32,000 nt of DNA from Mesoplasma florum L1. Lineage in GTDB: Bacteria > Bacillota_I > Bacilli_A > Mycoplasmatales > Mycoplasmataceae. This document shows positions 1 to 10,788 of the stretch, in pieces (positions within the stretch are counted from its first letter, which is position 1; every line of letters begins with the position of its first letter). Location of the stretch: assembly GCF_000008305.1 (NCBI RefSeq), contig NC_006055.1, positions 540,001 to 572,000 of the forward strand, read 5' to 3'. The notes beneath the pieces were generated by a model. That model worked only from the letters and a program-made list of their open reading frames with translations, did not search any database and was not told where the DNA came from. Made by a program: the position numbers and the translations under genes.

Positions 1-1943
1 AATAAATCAGTTGAAATACCAAAAGTTAAAGCTGAATTATTTCTTGTAGACATTGATAAACCACTCATTAACATTGTTCCATTGTTACCTGTATATGATG
101 AATCTGCAATTGTTGCGCTTCTTACACCTCTATAATTTGATTGAGATGAATTTCTGTTTACATCTGAATAAGTTAAGTTTAAATAAGTTAAACCTTCGAT
201 TTTTGAAATTAAGTTTTGTTCTTTAATTTGTTGAGCTTCAACTCCTGTGTTTAAACTTAATGCATTTGCAAAATTAGTTCCATTAATTGTTCCATTCATT
301 GCGCCTGTTTCTTTTCAGTAATCTCAAATATTAAAATCTGTTCCATCTTCTTTTTTGACACCTGTTTTACCTGACATTTTAAATTTATTTTGTTTTTGTT
401 GCAATGAGGCATTTGGTGATGATCAAATATCACTTTCAGAAATACCATAGAACTTGTGGAATGTATTTAACATTTGTTCAATTCCTTTATAGTATGCACT
501 AAATATTTTTGATGTTTGGGGGCTATTTACTTCAGAAGCTGATGTTGCTTTATTGTCAATAGCGATTGAATATGTGAAACCAACATCACTTAATCTTTGA
601 GTATATCCATTTCGTAAAGAAATAGTTAAACCTTTATTTGTAATTGTTTCACTTGAAATTGACATTGCTAATAAATCAGGAGTTCTTTCATTTTCTTGAA
701 TCACTGATGTTTGAACTCTTCTGTCATATTCACTTTTTAATTTATTATTATAATTTTGTAAAACTTGTTGTCATTGATTTTCAAGAGATTTATATAATAC
801 TTGATCTCCATTAACTCTTGAACCGTCTAATTGAATTTGATCTGTTGTCTTAACTTTTCCAAAGAAAGTATTTCATTCAGGTCATGCGCCTTGATCAAAC
901 TCAACACTAATTTTTCCTGTGTTGCTGAAATGATTTGTTTGCTCTTGTCTAATAATATCATTTTCATTATAGTAACTTACATTTATTGCGTTAACAACAG
1001 CAGAGCTAGTATTTCTAAAGTATTTGTTTTCAATAGTTGAAGTCATAGATTTTGCAAAGCTTTGATTGTACTTATTAATTGCTGATTTATAAGTTGTTGT
1101 ATTAGCAGTTAATACATCTTGAATTGTTAAGCTTGGCTCTAGAGCTTTTAATGTTTCAAAATCAATGTAAACTTTTGAATTTGCTTCTTTTAACATGTCT
1201 CCTGCTAATTCATTACTAATTTTGTTAATTGCAGCAATAATTTCACCATTATCAGAAACAGTAATAACAACTGTTCCTCTTACAGTATTTGTCACAGTAG
1301 CTTGTTCAGCATCTCTGTATCTATAAGTTGATGAGAAGTTTAGGTTCATACCTGATATAAATCCTTCACCATCAGCTCCTGTATTACCATAAGTCATTTC
1401 TGCATTTTCATAGTCGAATTTAATATCATCAATTCATCTTGAACCAAAGCTTCCAATTAAAACGCTATATGTTGAAGTACTAATAGCATTTCTTAAATCT
1501 ACCATTGCTTTAGCAGGACTTAATAGTGATTCAACATTTGAAGTTAAATCTTTTTGTTGATCAGGTGTTAAAACATCATAAAACTTAACTGATTGTTCAT
1601 TTGCATATGTTGAAGTTTCAGGCCCTGTTTCTCCACCACCTGTTCCAGCTGATGCTTGATCATAAATTGATTTTAAATTATCTTTTTGGAAGAAAATTAA
1701 ACCATTATTTGAGGCTTCTGTATCTAATAGAGTTGATCTTGTTGCCATTGGAGATGAAACAATTGTTGAAAATTTAGTTTGAACTTCAGATTCAAATTGT
1801 CTTATTAATTGTCTTATTGCTTCTTTTTCTTTTTCTGCTGGATCAACTGGTGGCTCAACTGGATCTTTTGAACATGAAATCACAGCCATTGATGAAGTAC
1901 CAACTACAGCGAATGATGATAATATTAATAATAATTTTTTCAT
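1..1943 (-). CDS. Surface lipoprotein, partial; the C-terminus lies beyond the left window edge and at least 647 aa are visible
   Basis: ATG at 1943-1941. The N-terminus [24 protein letters not shown] has a lipobox (VISC) followed by SKD. Track ORFs 1434..1943, 882..1397 and 423..704 share one frame and are separated only by TGA codons (1434, 882, 423 and others). I checked every codon down to base 3 and found no TAA or TAG. The protein is paralogous to the lipoprotein at 3846..5717. Confidence 0.8.
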
Positions 1944-1995
1944 TTTTATTTTTTTCCTTTTCTTTCTTAATTGTGTGTATTTTTAAAATTTTATT

Positions 1996-3810
1996 TTAAA
2001 AATCAAACTTTCTAAATTTATATAAAGCTATTGAAAAACTAAATGTGCTTATTCCAAATAAAATAACCAAATAATATCAAGGCTTAATATAGTTTGATGT
2101 GGTATTTTTTTCAATCATATTAGTAGAAGTAAGTTTTATATCATACTCTGGATATCCTAAAAATAAATTCTTTTGATCTTCTAAATAAATCTTTGAAAAA
2201 GAATTTGGAGAAAATCAAATATCATTATTGTAAAATCCTAAGTTTTTGGTATAAACCATTCACAACCCACTATACAAGTTGAAATAGGATAGGCCACGCA
2301 TCATGCTTCTGCCTTTAGTATAACTATTTCAGTCTCCTGAAGTTTTAGATACCGCATTTGAAGACATAATTATGTAATTGCTTGAATATTTAATAAAGTA
2401 TTCTTCAATGACTCTAGCTGAGTACATTAAATTAAAGTTTAATTGATTTCTAACTAAATCATTTGCATTTGTAAATCTGAATCCATCATTACGGATTCCC
2501 GCAACTGAATATTCATAGAACGAAACAACATCTTGTTTTTTCAAAGCATAAGTTACTTTATTTTCTTCTATTTCTTCTTCAGATGGATTAAGTTTTTCTA
2601 AATAGCTTTTCTCAATACCTGAATCTAAAAATAAGAAATCATAAAATAAATCATATTTTTCAAATTGAAGATCATTGTTGAAGTATTTGTTAATTTCATT
2701 TGTGAAATTTCTAAATTCAACTAAAATATTTTTTGTATTTTGATCAACTGTTTTATTAATTAGTTCATCTAATTGATCGTTTGTTATAAAAGTGTCTTTT
2801 AAAGTTATTTGAATATTAAATTTATCATAGATTGCTCAAGTATTTGGAACAGATGTATCTCTAAGGGGTTTTGAGAATAAATCTAAATTTGTTTCTGTTA
2901 TAACAACTGGATTAGGATTTATAAGTCCTAAATCTTTTCACATTTGCGTTCTATAATTTATATTTGTTGTGTTACGAAATTGATCAGTGACCATTTCTTT
3001 TGAAAGAAAATAGTTGTAAACGTATTTGGATAAATGGGGATATTTAATATTTCCATCGTTTACATGATCATATAAGCTGTATGCATCATATATATCATTT
3101 AACTGAAAAATGTCACCGCTTGTAAATTGTACATAATAACTTTTTTCATTTGCTTTTATAAACGACATGGGGATGTTTGCTATAAATGATAATGCTAATA
3201 ATAATGTACATATAATTGTAGTTGTTTGTAACGTAAATATAAAAATTAAAAACGAAATAAAGTTAATTAAAAAGAATGTTGCAAGTAAACAATATATAAC
3301 ATACATTGATGTCATTCTAAGTATAAATACATCATAATGAAACAATGTAAATACTGCATAGAATATATTAATAACAATAAAGCTCATTAAAATATTTACA
3401 GCACAAATTAAAATAATTAATAAATATTGAGCTATAAAAAACTTTGTTCTACTTACTTGATTAGTTAAAACAATATATGTTGTTTTATCTTCAAAATTCT
3501 TACTGAAGAAAAATTGAATCATTCTTAAAATAAATACAAACATTAAACAACAAACAAAAAATAATATATAAAAGTTGAATATTACAACTTGAGAACTTCC
3601 AGATTTTACAAAAGCTAATATAATTCCCATTAAAATAGAAATAATAATAGTTGCTAAATTTAAAATATAAAATAATTTTTCTTTTAATAAACTTTTAAAA
3701 CTAAATTTCATTAATTTAACAAACGGGATTCTTCTATATTTAATAAGCTTTTGCTTTATAAAATTTTGCAAAGGGTTTGTTTTCTTTTTTTCATAATTTT
3801 CTTCTACCAT
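1996..3810 (-). CDS. Integral membrane protein, putative permease of the adjacent ABC ATPase (604 aa): about 5 N-terminal TM helices, a roughly 330-aa extracytoplasmic domain, and one C-terminal TM helix
   Basis: ATG at 3810 lies 7 nt after a strong SD (AAGGAGGTGAAGGTACT ATG). The track's MKGGEGT extension starts at a TTG inside that SD. Track ORFs 2938..3831 and 2329..2544 share a frame and are joined by TGA codons. I checked codon by codon down to the TAA at 1996-1998. The hydrophobic stretches LFYILNLATIIISILMGIILAFV, VVIFNFYILFFVCCLMFVFIL, FFIAQYLLIILICAVNILMSFIVINIF, VIYCLLATFFLINFISFLIFIF, IICTLLLALSFIANIPMSF and the terminal WYYLVILFGISTFSFSIALY are visible. Confidence 0.7.
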
Positions 3811-3845
3811 AGTACCTTCACCTCCTTTCAATGTAATTCACTAAA

Positions 3846-5717
3846 TTAAATAGATTCAATTAGTGTTCTTTCAAATCAATAAAATTTTTCTGATTTAATT
3901 ACAAAGCTTAGGTTTAAAAATGATAGATTAAAATCGACTGAAAGATTACTTGAACCTTCTTTAAATTTTTTAAAAATAAGTTGATTATTATTCATTTCAA
4001 TTATTGGAATATTCTGCAATTCTTCACTATTGTTAAATTGAAAATGAAATGATGATGAGTTAGTTTTATTTAAAAAACTTTGGCGATCTGATTCTGCTGA
4101 ATAAGTTGAACTTTTATTATTAAGTAAACTTAGTTGAGCATTAACATCTGAGATACTTTTATCATTAGTAGTTGCAGCTCTTGATTGTAAAATATTTGAA
4201 CTTTTTAAACTAATTAATTGCTGATTGTCTGACAAAGACTTTCATGTTGTTTTAGATGTTCCATAACTTTCTTGAAAAATTTGTAAAGCACTCATTGTAT
4301 TTTGGTAAATTGCTTTAAAAATTGGATCTTGATCAGGTAAAACTATTTTATTTTTAACCATTTCACTTTCACCATTTAAATAACTGTCATTAAAGTTATT
4401 GGCTGATATTCCAACATAATATGAAATCGGGCTAATTGGGTGATAATAATTAAATTCATCAAAATATAGACAAAAGTTATTTAAAGTAACCTCTCCAAAA
4501 TTAACTAGTGAATCAGAATTAATATTAAGTTCTTCATTAACGTTAGATTGAAAATTGCTTACTCATGTTTTATATTCTTTGCTTAAATAAGCATAGATAT
4601 CTTGATTTCCTTTTACGAATTTATTTTCTAGAACAATTTGATCGTCTGTTATTAATTGACTAAAAATTATTTTGAATAAATTTATATTATTTGTATTTGT
4701 TGTAGAAACTGTATCATCAAGAATTAATTCATTAGACCCGTATTTATTTTGGCGCGGATCGAAATTACTAATTTTATCAATAGATTTAAAATGTTTAAAT
4801 CTATTTTCGTCTTTAAAAGCAAAATTATAACTTTGTGTTGGCTTACTTAAATTAGTATTATGTTCATAAATATAACTTAATAAACTTTTTTCAAATTTAT
4901 CAAATTTAAAGAGATTTTCAAAATCACTATTTGATAAATTAAATAATCTTGCATAATCATTTACTCTAAGATCATATGCATCAAACCATGCTCATTCAAA
5001 TTTATTTTTAATAAGATTTTCTCTTAGCTCACTTGTTGTAAACTTTAAGTTTTCAATTATGTCATTTTGATTAGAAATTGTAATTACTATATCTTCGTGG
5101 TAATTATTTTTAATTATATTTTTATTAATGTCAGTGTATTGGTAAGTAAAAACTAAACCTAAATTAACATTAGCTATATAATTTTTATTTTCTTTATCAA
5201 AATTTAAATAACCAAAATCTATGTTATTAAAATCATAAGACAATCCATCAAATCATTTTTGATCTACATTTTTAAAATCCAAAATACTTGAATAAAAATT
5301 AATTTCAGGTTTCATTGAATCTAAAATTGTTTCTTCTAATTTACTGTTTTTTGTAATCTTATTTAAATCATTATTTAAGGCGTCTTTTTCTCTTTGAGAT
5401 AAAAGTTCATAATTTGAAGATACATTTTGGTTTTGTTTACGCAAACTTATTTCTTGTAAATTAGACTGAGTGAAAAAATCTAGATTTTTATTTTGTTGCA
5501 TAGTTTGATCAATATAAATAATTTCATTTTGTTTTTTAGCTAATGCATTATGAAATTTTGTTTCAACTTCTTGTTCAAAAGATTCGCCAAGAACATAATA
5601 GTCATATATTGGTTTATATTCTTGTTTAAAATCTTTTGGTTTTTGGCCACAAGCAGTAGTTATTAAACCAAAACCTAGAACAAATACTGAGGCAATTGGT
5701 AATACTTTTTTTAACAT
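3846..5717 (-). CDS. Surface lipoprotein (623 aa), paralogous to the lipoprotein at 1..1943
   Basis: ATG at 5717. The signal peptide MLKKVLPIASVFVLGFGLITTAC carries a lipobox (TTAC) followed by GQ. Track ORFs 5253..5717, 4992..5243 and 3876..4235 share a frame. I read every intervening codon and found only TGA interruptions. The stop is the TAA at 3846-3848. Confidence 0.8.
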
Positions 5718-5732
5718 CTTATTTGGGGAAAT

Positions 5733-8600
5733 TTATTTGTTAAATTTTTGCATTAGCAATACTTCGTTTAATTTATTTTTCTCTTCTTGGATTTCACGTC
5801 TAATTCTTTCAAGTTCTAAAACATTTTCACGTTGTTTCATTTCACTATCAAATTTAGCTAACTTTTGATTCATTTCTTTTTCAAATGCCATTTCTTTTCT
5901 TAACTGTTCAAAATATTCTTTTTCTTTAATCAAATCAGATTTAATTTTTTCTAATTCTTGATCTTTTAGTGAAATTGCATTTTGTTGATGTCACATTGGT
6001 TGTTGCATATTATCTGAAAAATTATTTAAACCTTGATGTGAATTTACATATCTTTTCATATTTTGTTGTTCATTCATTTCATATTTTAATTTTTCTAATT
6101 CTTCTTTCAATTTTAAGATTTCAAAATTTGATTCTTTAATAGTTGTTGATTCTTCGTTAATTAAGTTAACTTTTGTAGCTATGTTGTTTTGAATTGTATT
6201 GATTTCACTATATTGGCTCTCTAATTGTTTTTGTTTTGATTGAGTTGAAATATTTTCAGCTTCAATTTTGGCTAGTATTGCACTTTGAGTTTCTTTCAAT
6301 TTTTTTAATTCTTCTTCAAGTTCAGCTTTTGATTGATTAACTTCACTTGATTCAATTTGAATCTGTGACATAAATTCTTTTAATTCAGAAATACTATTTT
6401 TAATTGATTCTTTTTCAGCAGATGCTGTTTTATTAAATTCATCATGATATTCCTTGAATTCTTTAATTTTTTCTAAGTATTCAGCTTTTGATTCTTGAAT
6501 AATTTGTGTTTCTGCACTAATGTTTTCAACATATGATTTTAAATCTATAAGTTTGCTTGTAAACTCAGCTTTAATTGAATCAATTTCTTCATATTCTGTA
6601 ATTGTTGCTACAGCAATATCTTCTTGTAATTTTTTCAATTCATCAAGTTTTATATTTAACTCAAGTTTCTTCATTTCAACTTCTTCTTGCTCTAAATCAA
6701 CTTCAGTCAAGAATTCTTCTCTGCTTTGTTTTAAAGCAGATAAATCTTTATCTAACGCATCTCTTGAATTATTAATTTCATCATTTTCAATTTGAATTTG
6801 AGTTAAATAACTCTTAAAGTCTTTAATTTCTTCTTGAATGATTTCTCTTTGAACAGCAACTAAGTCTTTGAATTGATTTTCAAATTCTTTAAATTCATTC
6901 ATTTTTAATTCAATTTCAGAAGTTAAAGAATTTTCAGATTCAATCTTAACTTTTTCAATATAAGTTTTTAAATCTTCAAGTTTATTCGAAAATTCAGTTT
7001 TTACTAGATTAATTTGTTCATACTCATTTGCTGAAGTTGAACTGATCTCATCTTGCAATGCCTTTAGTTCATCAATTTTAATTTGTAAATCTGTTTTCTT
7101 AAATTCTAATTCTTCTGTTTCAGCTTCAGTTTGTTGTAAAAGCGCTTTTAAATTAGTTGCTTCATCTTCAAATGAAGTTTTTACTTGATGAATGATTTCT
7201 GATTCTAATTTAATTTTTGCAAAGTAGTCTTTTAAATCATCAATGTTTAAATCAATTTCATTTTTTTGTTCTGTTACAATTTTGTTTATTTCTAATTTTA
7301 AATTTTTAAGTTCTTGCACTTTATCGAAAAAGTCATTTTTGATCATATTTATTTCTGATGCTGTTAAAACATGTTCACTTGCATAACTTGGATCATTTAA
7401 AACTAATGCTTCATGTGATTCGGTTGATGATTCAGGTGAGTTTTCACTTATTAATACAAGATCGCTTGATAAATCCACTTTAATTTCATCTTCTTTTAAA
7501 TTTAAAATGTTTTTATATTTATCTTCTATTTTGTTTAAGAAGTCTAATGCTCTGTCTAAATCAATCGATTTATTTGAACTATCAATTGCAAATTCTTTTA
7601 GTGCTTCATATTTTGGTTTATGTGGTTTTTCTTTATCTTCTAATGCTTTTGTAATTGCATCCATATTAATAGCTTGTGCTACAACATCTTTTGGTTGTAT
7701 ATGATTTTTTTCTAAAATAGCTAAAGCATCATTAAAAGTTTGGTATTGATTTAAACCAATAACTAATGAATTAGTACTTAAGTCAAAATTAAACGTCAAA
7801 ATATTATGTTGATTTAAAAGTTTTTCAACTTCTGCTAATACAACATCTTTTTCAAATGAAACATTTATTTTTTTATATAAATTCAATTCAGATTTTGATC
7901 CAGAAAATAATAATTTACCTTTTTCTAAAATTACAAAGTTTTCAATTATGTTATAAACTTCATCAATATTATGAACTGTTAATATAATTGTGCTATTGAA
8001 TTCTTCTTTAAATTCTTTTAGTATTTTGTAAGATTGCCCTCTTCATTTAGAGTCTAAGTTTGCACCTGGTTCATCTAAAATAAGAATTTCAGGTTCTTTA
8101 ATAAAGCATAAAATTAAATTCATACGGTTTTTCATTCCTCATGAAAATGCATTTAAAGGTTTATCTTTAGATGTTCATAAGTCAAATTTTTTTAATCAAT
8201 ATTCAATTCTTGATTTTACTAATGTTTTATCTAAACCCATAACATTACACATATTGTATAAAAAGTCATAAGCTGTAATTGAATATAATGAAAAATCCAT
8301 TTGAGAATAAAACCCTACATTAGAGTTATTTTCAATTGAACTGCTTTTTTTACGTTCTTTACCATTAATATAGATATTTCCATCATAATTTAGAGTAGCT
8401 CCAAGTAATGAGTTTAAAAATACACTCTTACCTGATCCACTACTTCCAAGTAATGCTGTAACTTTTCCTTTTTCAATATTAAAAGAAAATGGTCCTATAT
8501 TTATGTCTTTAAATTTTTTATGAAAATGGTCAACCATAACAGCATTATTATTAGAGTTTTCTAAAATAACACGCTTTGATTTCAAAATATTTTTTTCCAT
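5733..8600 (-). CDS. ABC transporter ATP-binding protein fused to a C-terminal extension of about 720 aa, most of it coiled coil (955 aa in total)
   Basis: ATG at 8600 follows the SD AGGAGAAAACGAA. The ATPase motifs are Walker A GSSGSGKS, signature-like FSWGMKNR (its W is a TGA), Walker B ILILDEPGANLD and H-loop TVHN. Track ORFs 8196..8600, 5991..7886 and 5733..5933 are all in one frame. I checked 7887-8195 and 5934-5990 codon by codon and found only TGA at 8196, 8175, 8139, 8043 and 5991. The stop is the TAA at 5733-5735. Downstream of the NBD the sequence is E/K/L/I/Q-rich and heptad-like. Confidence 0.85.
6252..7109 (-). repeat. Two tandem in-frame coding repeats of about 143 aa (429 nt) within the coiled-coil extension
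   Basis: Unit 1 reads LEFKKTDLQIKIDELKALQDEISSTSANEYEQINLVKTEFSNKLEDLKTYIEKVKIESE ... KDFKSYLTQIQIENDEINNSRDALDKDLSALKQSREEF. Unit 2 reads VEMKKLELNIKLDELKKLQEDIAVATITEYEEIDSIKAEFTSKLIDLKSYVENISAETQ ... SELKEFMSQIQIESSEVNQSKAELEEELKKLKETQSAI. The register is the same with an offset of 143 residues. The copies are diverged and are not recent. Confidence 0.7.
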
Positions 8601-8652
8601 TTCGTTTTCTCCTACATCATTTTAATAATTTGTTTGATTTGATTTGAGTTTC

Positions 8653-8681
8653 ATTTTTTCAAACCATGAGTTAATTGTCAC
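8653..8681 (-). promoter_or_regulatory. Candidate sigma-70-type promoter for the ABC/lipoprotein cassette
   Basis: The minus strand reads GTGACA (8681-8676), a 17-nt spacer, then AAAAAT (8658-8653), about 50 nt upstream of the ATG at 8600. The -10 match is weak (4/6) in a very AT-rich context. Confidence 0.3.
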
Positions 8682-8697
8682 AAAAAAAAAAAAAAAA
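8682..8697. repeat. Homopolymer: A16 on the plus strand, T16 on the minus strand
   Basis: The sequence reads directly as c a(16) c. It is the longest homopolymer I noticed in the window. It is intergenic and lies immediately 5' of the candidate -35 of the ABC cassette. Confidence 0.95.
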
Positions 8698-8759
8698 CAA
8701 GTCTTTCATGAATTTTGTTAAAAAACACTTAAATGTTAATCAGCCAGTAAGATCAAAAA

Positions 8760-8791
8760 AGCAAAAAAAAGAAAGCATTTATGCTTTCTTT
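8760..8791 (-). terminator. Rho-independent terminator downstream of hpt
   Basis: An 11-bp perfect stem (aaagaaagcat at 8768-8778 pairing with atgctttcttt at 8781-8791) has a 2-nt loop. On the minus strand it is followed by a T-run (the plus-strand A-run ending at 8770). Confidence 0.65.
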
Positions 8792-8822
8792 AATATTATT
8801 TATATATAGTTTAATAAATATT

Positions 8823-9392
8823 TTATCATTTTCAATCAGCTAATTTATCAGTATCACAAACAGCTACATAAGGTAAGTTTCTTAATTTTTCTTGATAATC
8901 TAAACCATAGCCTATTACAAAGTGTTTTGCAATTGAAAAACAAGTTCAATCTGGTTTAATATCTACTTTGCGTTCAGTTGGTTTATCTAACATAGTTAAA
9001 ATTTTAACTGATTTTGCACCTTTGTTTAATAAGTAATTTTGTACAAACTCTAGTGTTAGACCAGATTCAACAATGTCTTCAACTATTAATATATTGCGAT
9101 CTTTAACAGACATGTTAACGTCTAAATTAATTTTGGGTTCTCCAGAACTTTTTGTTCCACCCAAATATGAACTTACAACCATAAAATCCATATCAATTAA
9201 AAAGTCAAAATTCATACAGAATGTTTGATAAAAAGGAATACATCCTTTTAATAATCCTATAACCAATAATGATTGGTCTTCTTTATCATTTTGTTCGTAA
9301 AATGATTTAATTTCTTTTGCTACTTCAATTGTTCTTTCTTTTATTTGTTCTTCAGTAAATAATACATTTTTTACTAATGGGTGTAATTTCAT
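8823..9392 (-). CDS. hpt: Hypoxanthine(-guanine) phosphoribosyltransferase (189 aa)
   Basis: The PRPP-binding motif is ILIVEDIVESGLTL. The N-terminus (HPLVKNVLFTEEQIKERTIEVAKEI) and the C-terminus (FVIGYGLDYQEKLRNLPYVAV) are typical of Hpt. The gene continues through the TGA at 8946 to the TAA at 8823. The SD is AAAGGAGCACA. Confidence 0.9.
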
Positions 9393-9420
9393 TGTGCTCC
9401 TTTGTTTAAATTTTGTAATA

Positions 9421-9463
9421 TAAAAATAATACCTATTATTGATTTCTTAATCAATAGGTATTA
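9421..9463 (-). terminator. Hairpin with T-run between ruvX and hpt; a terminator or attenuator
   Basis: An 11-bp stem pairs taatacctatt (9427-9437) with aataggtatta (9453-9463). On the minus strand it is followed by TTTTTAT. Confidence 0.5.
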
Positions 9464-9467
9464 ACAA

Positions 9468-9896
9468 TTATTTCTTAATTTTTTCTAAATATGTTTCTAA
9501 AATTAATTGTGCAGCTAGTGTATCTTTGTTTTCTTTTTGTTTTTGACGAGATAACCCAGCTTCGATCATAATTGACTTAGCCATTTTAGTAGTTCTTCTT
9601 TCATCTATTCTAATTATTTGTTCTTCTTTAATTTCTGGATTATAAACCATAAATCCTTCAATAAAATAATCAACCATTTCAGCTCTTTCACCAATTGATC
9701 CATTCATGTTTTTAGGATAACCAAAAACAAATGTATCAAAAGATTTATCTTTTATGAATTCAGTTAATAAACTAACTCCTTCTTCAAAGTTTCATTCTTC
9801 AAATTTTAAGTTGATTTCTTTCTTTGCTACGTTACCTGTTGAAGAAGCTAAACCTATTGTTTTGCTCCCAACATCAAGACCTAGAATATTACTCAT
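9468..9896 (-). CDS. ruvX: Holliday-junction resolvase-like protein YqgF/RuvX (142 aa)
   Basis: The N-terminus MSNILGLDVGSKTIGLASS is the YqgF signature. The sequence continues ...FGYPKNMNGSIGERAEMV... and DERRTTKMA. The SD GGAGGAG lies upstream. There is one internal TGA. The stop is the TAA at 9468. Confidence 0.85.
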
Positions 9897-10788
9897 AATC
9901 TCCTCCAAGCTTTTTATTTAGCATTTTTAAAAAGACATTTTCGAATACTAAAAATCAAGTGACAGCCATAATACATGCGAATGTAATATCTGTTAAAAAA
10001 TGTTTTGCTAAAACCATTCTTGAGCTACCTACTAAAGCTGCAAATAAGAAAGCAATAGCTAATACACCATAATAATATAATGATTCTTTTTTAAATAATA
10101 AAGCTAAACCTAAAAAAGTTATAGCACTTGTTGTGTGACCAGATGGGAAAGATTTATTTTTACCAAATCCAAAAGCATAAGTTATATTTCATCATTCTCT
10201 ATATTCATACGTGCCATTAATAACTGAGCTTATTGGTCTTGGTCTTGAAAAAATATTCTTTAATAATTCTGTTGTTAGTGAAATTGTAATTATATATACA
10301 ATTACTAAACCTGCTTTTCATAAAAAATTTCTTTGTTCTACAAAAGTTGGGTTTAATTTATAAAATACATTTGTTGCTATAAACAATGAAACAAAAACTA
10401 AACTATTAAAAATATCTACACTAAGTTCATGAATGTGTTTTTCTTCTTTTGACATTAATGGAGCAAATAAGTAAATAATAGTTCCAGCATATATTAATGT
10501 GTAATAAACAGTTTTAAACATGAATAAATGTAAAGCTCAGTCTTTTTTCTTTCTTGTTAAGTAAATAAATATACCAACAATACAAAAATTGACTGGTATT
10601 AAGAAAGTAAGTTGTCCGAATTTATCAAAAGCATATCCAAATCAAGAATTTTCTTTATAAATATTTTCAGCTATTTGAGCATCTAAAAAAGTTCCCACCA
10701 TAAAAATGGTAAACAATACTATTCCGATTGATAAAAAAACATATAAGTATGGTTTTTTAATTTTTTCTTTGTCTATAAGTAGTTTCAT
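9889..10788 (-). CDS. PAP2-family membrane lipid phosphatase (299 aa)
   Basis: The PAP2 motifs SFPSGHT and SSRMVLAKHFLTD are present, together with several hydrophobic helices. The ATG is at 10788 and the TAA at 9889-9891. The 3' end overlaps the ruvX start by 8 nt. Several in-frame TGA codons are present (for example 10318, 10192 and 10189). Confidence 0.8.

Noticed and set aside
831-1999. Plus-strand track ORFs 831..1040 and 1817..1999
   Set aside because: Both are antisense to the lipoprotein gene or its start region. They are hydrophobic, low-complexity shadow frames with no translation signals.
3811-3831. Track extension MKGGEGT on the permease gene
   Set aside because: The extension begins at a TTG and is encoded by the SD sequence itself (AAGGAGGTGAAGG). 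The ATG at 3810 has ideal spacing from that SD.
6252-7109. Periodic repeat structure considered as a CRISPR array or satellite
   Set aside because: The period is 429 nt and the copies are strongly diverged. They are in frame within a continuous CDS and have no short conserved repeat and spacer organisation. These are protein-coding tandem repeats.
6520-7704. Plus-strand track ORFs 6520..6795 and 7507..7704 (Ser/Phe/Leu/Ile-rich)
   Set aside because: Both are antisense to the coiled-coil region. Their low-complexity S/F/L composition is simply the complement of GAA/AAA/TTA-rich codons. They have no SD and no motifs, and they are fully contained within a well-supported minus-strand CDS.
8708-8809. 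A 33-codon plus-strand ORF (MNFVKKHLNVNQPVRSKKQKKESIYAFFNIIYI) in the hpt/ABC intergenic region
   Set aside because: It has no SD, it spans the hpt terminator hairpin, and its composition is typical of random AT-rich sequence.
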